Shown here: positions 60,737 to 64,000 of the stretch, piece after piece
Position numbering within the stretch: position 1 is the first letter of the stretch
How the letters are laid out: the number at the start of each line of letters is the position of its first letter
Source of the DNA: Minisyncoccota bacterium
GTDB taxonomy: Bacteria; Patescibacteriota; Minisyncoccia; UBA6257; 2-01-FULL-56-20
Assembly: GCA_035541435.1 (NCBI GenBank)
Contig: DATKNL010000010.1
Span: forward strand, 94,477 to 158,476
Length of the DNA: 64,000 nucleotides
Direction of reading: 5' to 3'
Position numbers and translations under genes: made by a program
The notes under the pieces: model-generated
What the model was told of the DNA's origin: nothing
The model's database searches: none
Seen by the model: only the letters and a program-made list of their open reading frames with translations

Positions 60737-61699
60737 TCAGAAGGGCAGGCCGAAGTGCGCCCGCAGGAAGTCCAGGATGGCCGCGAAGGGCGATGTCGGC
60801 ACGACGGCGACGGTCGGCGCGTTGCCGCCGAAGGCGGAACGCCACCCGCCGGTCCGCGGGATGCGGCTCACGAAGGACGGCGTGTCGCGGCCGGCCGAGA
60901 CGACGTTTGACCGCAGGACGGTGAAACTCGCGCCGTCCGCGCCGAGCGGCGAAGGCGAAGCGAGTGCCGCGCCGTCAGGGGTCATCATCGCGACGCCGCC
61001 GGCGCGGGTCTCGGCGATCGTGAGGGCCGTGCCGTCGGCTGTCGCGGAGCCGTTCGTAAACGAGACGCTGCCGAACCGGTCGAGCGGGAGCGCGCCGATG
61101 TTCGCGGTCGGCATCTCCTCGATCCATTCCGCCGAAGATCCGTCGTCGCGATAGGTGACGGTCGTGCGGTAGTTCTCGCCCGTCGTCGCGTCGGCGAAGG
61201 ATACCGACCACACGTTCGTATCGGACTCGGTGATCGAAACGTTCACGGCGTCGTGCGCGTGGACGTCGAGCGGGATTGTCTTCATGTCCTGCGGCAGGGT
61301 TTCGAACCAAGCCTGATAGTCCACGGCGCCCGAAGGGTCGGTGAGGGCCTGCGTCCCGGCCTGGATGAGTGCGTCGCTCGAGACGCCGCCGATGCCGACC
61401 CAGGTCGCGTCAGCGGTCGTCGACGATGCGGGTGCGACCTGCGGGACGACCCACGATCCGGCGACTGCGGTGAAAGGGCCCTGATCCGTCATATAGCCGG
61501 ACCAGTTGAGCGAGGTGTTGAGGCCTGTCGCGACGAGCGGGGCCTGGGGTGCGGCGACCGGCGTCGCGCCGTCGGGAACGGCGGCCGCGCGACCGTGCCG
61601 CCATCCGTTGGATGCGGCGAAAACCGGCGCCCAGGCCAGCGCCTGCGCGATGAAGGATGCGGCAACCACGACGGCGGTGAGCGTCACGGCGGATTTCAT
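60737..61699 (-). CDS. Secreted G1 family glutamic peptidase
   Basis: NWSGY, WVGIGG..LIQAGT, SAEWIEE. Confidence 0.88.
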   Translation of the reverse strand: MKSAVTLTAVVVAASFIAQALAWAPVFAASNGWRHGRAAAVPDGATPVAAPQAPLVATGLNTSLNWSGYMTDQGPFTAVAGSWVVPQVAPASSTTADATWVGIGGVSSDALIQAGTQALTDPSGAVDYQAWFETLPQDMKTIPLDVHAHDAVNVSITESDTNVWSVSFADATTGENYRTTVTYRDDGSSAEWIEEMPTANIGALPLDRFGSVSFTNGSATADGTALTIAETRAGGVAMMTPDGAALASPSPLGADGASFTVLRSNVVSAGRDTPSFVSRIPRTGGWRSAFGGNAPTVAVVPTSPFAAILDFLRAHFGLPF

Positions 61700-61765
61700 A
61701 CCCTCCCTTATACGCCCCGCGCTCCGCAGTGTTTCATTCCGAGCTGTCATCCGTAGTATCAGGAT

Positions 61766-62008
61766 ATGGCCCGACGCTATGGCAGAAAATCGCAGCAGAA
61801 GGTGAAGCGCGCGATGCACGAAATGAAGCGCGGCAAGCTTAAAAGCGGCCGCAGCGGCAAGACGGTCCGCAGCCGAAAACAGGCCATCGCCATCGGTCTT
61901 TCCGAGGCGCGCCGATCGGGCGCAAAGGTTCCGCCGGCGCCGAAGCGAGGAAGGGGACGAGGGCGGTCCTCTACCCGCACCCGCAAACGCTCAAGGAAAA
62001 GCAGATAA
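61766..62008 (+). CDS. Small basic protein (DUF6496-like)
   Basis: KVKRAMHEMKRGKLKSG..SRKQAIAIGLSEAR. Confidence 0.85.
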   Translation: MARRYGRKSQQKVKRAMHEMKRGKLKSGRSGKTVRSRKQAIAIGLSEARRSGAKVPPAPKRGRGRGRSSTRTRKRSRKSR

Positions 62009-62070
62009 TTTTTCGTCGCGCCTCTCACTTGAACCGCCGGACGGAGTGCGGTACCCTTAGGTGTCATTTT

Positions 62071-62157
62071 GGAGGCGTGGCCGAGTGGCTTAAGGCAGCA
62101 TCCTGCTAAGATGTTAGGGGAGAAATCCCCTCGAAGGTTCGAATCCTTCCGCCTCCG
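62071..62157 (+). tRNA. tRNA-Ser(GCT)
   Basis: GGAGGCG/CGCCTCC-G, GCATC-CTGCTAA-GATGT, long variable arm, GAAGG-TTCGAAT-CCTTC. Confidence 0.95.
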
Positions 62158-62287
62158 CAGACAAGGTAAAAGTATCGTAGCAACCGTCTTATATAGCTTC
62201 TTAGTGCGACCGCCCTACCCGAGGACAGGAGGACGGCCGAACTTTTTGATTTTTAATTTGTCTAATTCTGGGCTTTGATCCTTCGGG

Positions 62288-62920
62288 TTAAAATACCATC
62301 TTCGTATCTCCCCATCCTCCTTTCGGAGAGAACTCTCCGGCGATGGCACGCTCGTGTATTTCCCACGGCGTAGCGCCCGCTTCGCGTGCTTCCACTAATT
62401 TGTCGGGATCGACGGGTGTTATTTTCGGTTCCATCGTTTTAATATGCTCCGTCGCGGTCTCCCACGAGCTGTAATTGTTGACGAAGATCTCTACGTTGTT
62501 TCCGTCGGGATCCATCCAATAGAACGACGTGCCCACGCCGTGGTCGGCCGCCCAGACCGGCTTGATGCCTTCGTCCTTCAGGCGCACGTAGGTGCCCAAG
62601 AGGTCATCCAAGGTAGGAATTTCAAATGCCACGTGTTGCAGCCTGAGATGTTTTTGCTTGTCGGGGTCAGTTTTGACGCCCTTAACTTCGAAGAGGACGA
62701 TGCGGTGATCCACCTCGTCATTGCCCATAAACGTTGCGGCCGAAAAGGGTGAAAATTGACGCGCAACAAGCCCCACTTCCGAACGATGATTTACGTTCAT
62801 CCCTAATACCCTACGGTACCACTTTGCCATAGCATCCATGTTGGCGGTGACGAGCCCGTAATGCATCAGTTTGGGATGAGCGATGACTTCTGCGTTAAAT
62901 TTATTATTTTTTGTACTCAT
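62288..62920 (-). CDS. VOC/glyoxalase-extradiol dioxygenase family protein
   Basis: HYGL, DHRI, LQHVAF, DHG..SFYWMDPDGNNVEI. Confidence 0.9.
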   Translation of the reverse strand: MSTKNNKFNAEVIAHPKLMHYGLVTANMDAMAKWYRRVLGMNVNHRSEVGLVARQFSPFSAATFMGNDEVDHRIVLFEVKGVKTDPDKQKHLRLQHVAFEIPTLDDLLGTYVRLKDEGIKPVWAADHGVGTSFYWMDPDGNNVEIFVNNYSSWETATEHIKTMEPKITPVDPDKLVEAREAGATPWEIHERAIAGEFSPKGGWGDTKMVF

Positions 62921-62949
62921 TGGTTTATTTATATTTAATTAGTTTATAT

Positions 62950-62968
62950 TATCTTAGTTGCTAAGATA
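62950..62968. promoter_or_regulatory. Candidate MarR operator
   Basis: TATCTTAG-TTG-CTAAGATA between the divergent VOC and MarR genes. Confidence 0.7.
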
Positions 62969-63005
62969 TTTACATGGTAAGCGATGTCTGCTATCCTTGT
63001 CAAAT

Positions 63006-63470
63006 ATGGAAAAAGGCCGACTTTTACAGAATTTAGGACAGGCCATGATGGGCCTCAGCAACGAGCAGATCCTACTCCATCAGGCCGTTGCCGACGCGCT
63101 TGGCCTTAATATCACGGATCACAAATGTGTGAACCTTATTGCGCGGTTCAATCCCATGACCGCAGGTAAGCTTGCAGAACTCACCGGCCTCACCACGGGA
63201 GCAATCACAGGCGTCATCGACCGGCTCGAGAAAGGCGGCTATGCAAAGAGAATCCTCGACCCCAACGACAGGCGCGTGACCGTCGTCGAACTGACCAAGA
63301 AAGGAGAATCGATCAGCAAGATATTCTTGCCGCTGGTTAAGAAAATGGGAAAAGCGTTTGAAGCATTTAGCGACAAAGAACTGGCTGTTATTCTCAAGTT
63401 TGTAACTCTCGCCGCGGAAACTTCTCATGATGCGGCGAAGGAACTCAGGAAGAAAAGCGGAAAGAAATAA
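63006..63470 (+). CDS. MarR family transcriptional regulator
   Basis: LGLNITD, TAGKLAELTGLTTGAITGVIDRLEK, DPNDRR. Confidence 0.93.
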   Translation: MEKGRLLQNLGQAMMGLSNEQILLHQAVADALGLNITDHKCVNLIARFNPMTAGKLAELTGLTTGAITGVIDRLEKGGYAKRILDPNDRRVTVVELTKKGESISKIFLPLVKKMGKAFEAFSDKELAVILKFVTLAAETSHDAAKELRKKSGKK

Positions 63471-63823
63471 GGAGAACTCTCCATGGGAGAATAAATCGGT
63501 AAGTTCGAATCCTCCCGCCGATATGGATAAATTAAAAAACTCAATAAAATCAATGGGATGGCACCAGGGCGACCGAGACGGTTCGAATACTGCCGCCCCC
63601 GCCATGCTAAAAAAGACACTCATATGAGTGTCTGTTTTAGCATTTGTTGAGATGAAGGATTCGAACAGCGGAGGGGGTCGGGGAACCGCGATCGGTTCCC
63701 CGTGTCGGAGAGCCGCTGAGAACCGAGGGTTCTGAGGGTGCGAGCATAGCGAACGATGTTCGATTCCCTTCCGCCTTCGCCAGCGGCGGATTTGGAAAAA
63801 CCAGGGCTTCGTCAATTAAAAAA

Positions 63824-63851
63824 ATAGCTTCTACTTTTTTGTAGAAGCTAT
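63824..63851. terminator. Terminator-like hairpin
   Basis: ATAGCTTCTAC-TTTTTT-GTAGAAGCTAT. Confidence 0.65.
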
Positions 63852-64000
63852 CCGTTCTTGCGACGGTTAACCCGTCAGAACAAAGTCAATCCGTACCATA
63901 CCCTGCCATCGCAGCAAGTTGATGGGGATCGCTGATGCGCGATCCAGCATCGAACCGGTCACGATATCGGTAGTCGAAATCGAACGATGTGCGGAGCACT

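Larger units (their letters stand above)
62158..63782. mobile_element. Integrase-less mini-island at tRNA-Ser with three downstream tRNA 3'-end copies
   Basis: Lower GC; copies at 63503-63519, 63581-63604 and 63758-63782; inverted T-arm at 63654-63666. Confidence 0.7.

Noticed and set aside
63503-63782. Additional tRNA genes
   Set aside because: Only T-arm/acceptor 3' halves; no D or anticodon arms.
62182-63869. Terminal inverted repeats (AACCGTC..ATAGCTTCT) around the Ser island
   Set aside because: Two short blocks with different spacing, one inside a terminator; chance is not excluded.
63867-64000. 3' end of a minus-strand CDS
   Set aside because: Two frames are open over a short stretch; product and frame cannot be assigned.

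Overview
The window looks like 64 kb of a GC-rich, streamlined bacterial chromosome, most consistent with Patescibacteria/CPR (Parcubacteria-like). That assignment is an inference from the VirB2-like pilin cluster, tRNA-Ile(UAU), shuffled core operons, split gyrA/gyrB and leaderless genes. Most of it is housekeeping (nusA, ppa, clpP, tyrS, ftsH, glyA, folD, S1, gyrA, xer, rpsO, pnp, recA, ftsK, iscS, htrA, clpB, gyrB, secE, nusG, rpsR, mscL), plus 9 tRNAs, a pilin-like cluster, a flavinylation electron-transfer operon and three peptidases. Four non-standard signals stand out. (1) An AT-rich, 36-bp-periodic array of seven 16-bp parS-like palindromes with a non-canonical core (1905-2167). (2) A recurrent element downstream of tRNA-Arg, -Leu and -Ser: a long inverted repeat, then an inverted copy of that tRNA's own T-arm, then (Arg, Ser) a ~90-nt structured spacer and a direct copy of the tRNA 3' end; cargo genes are present at the Ser locus. 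(3) A dispersed, covarying two-hairpin module in at least four copies. (4) Pervasive leaderless promoter-ATG spacing. All calls come from reading the sequence only; no searches were run.
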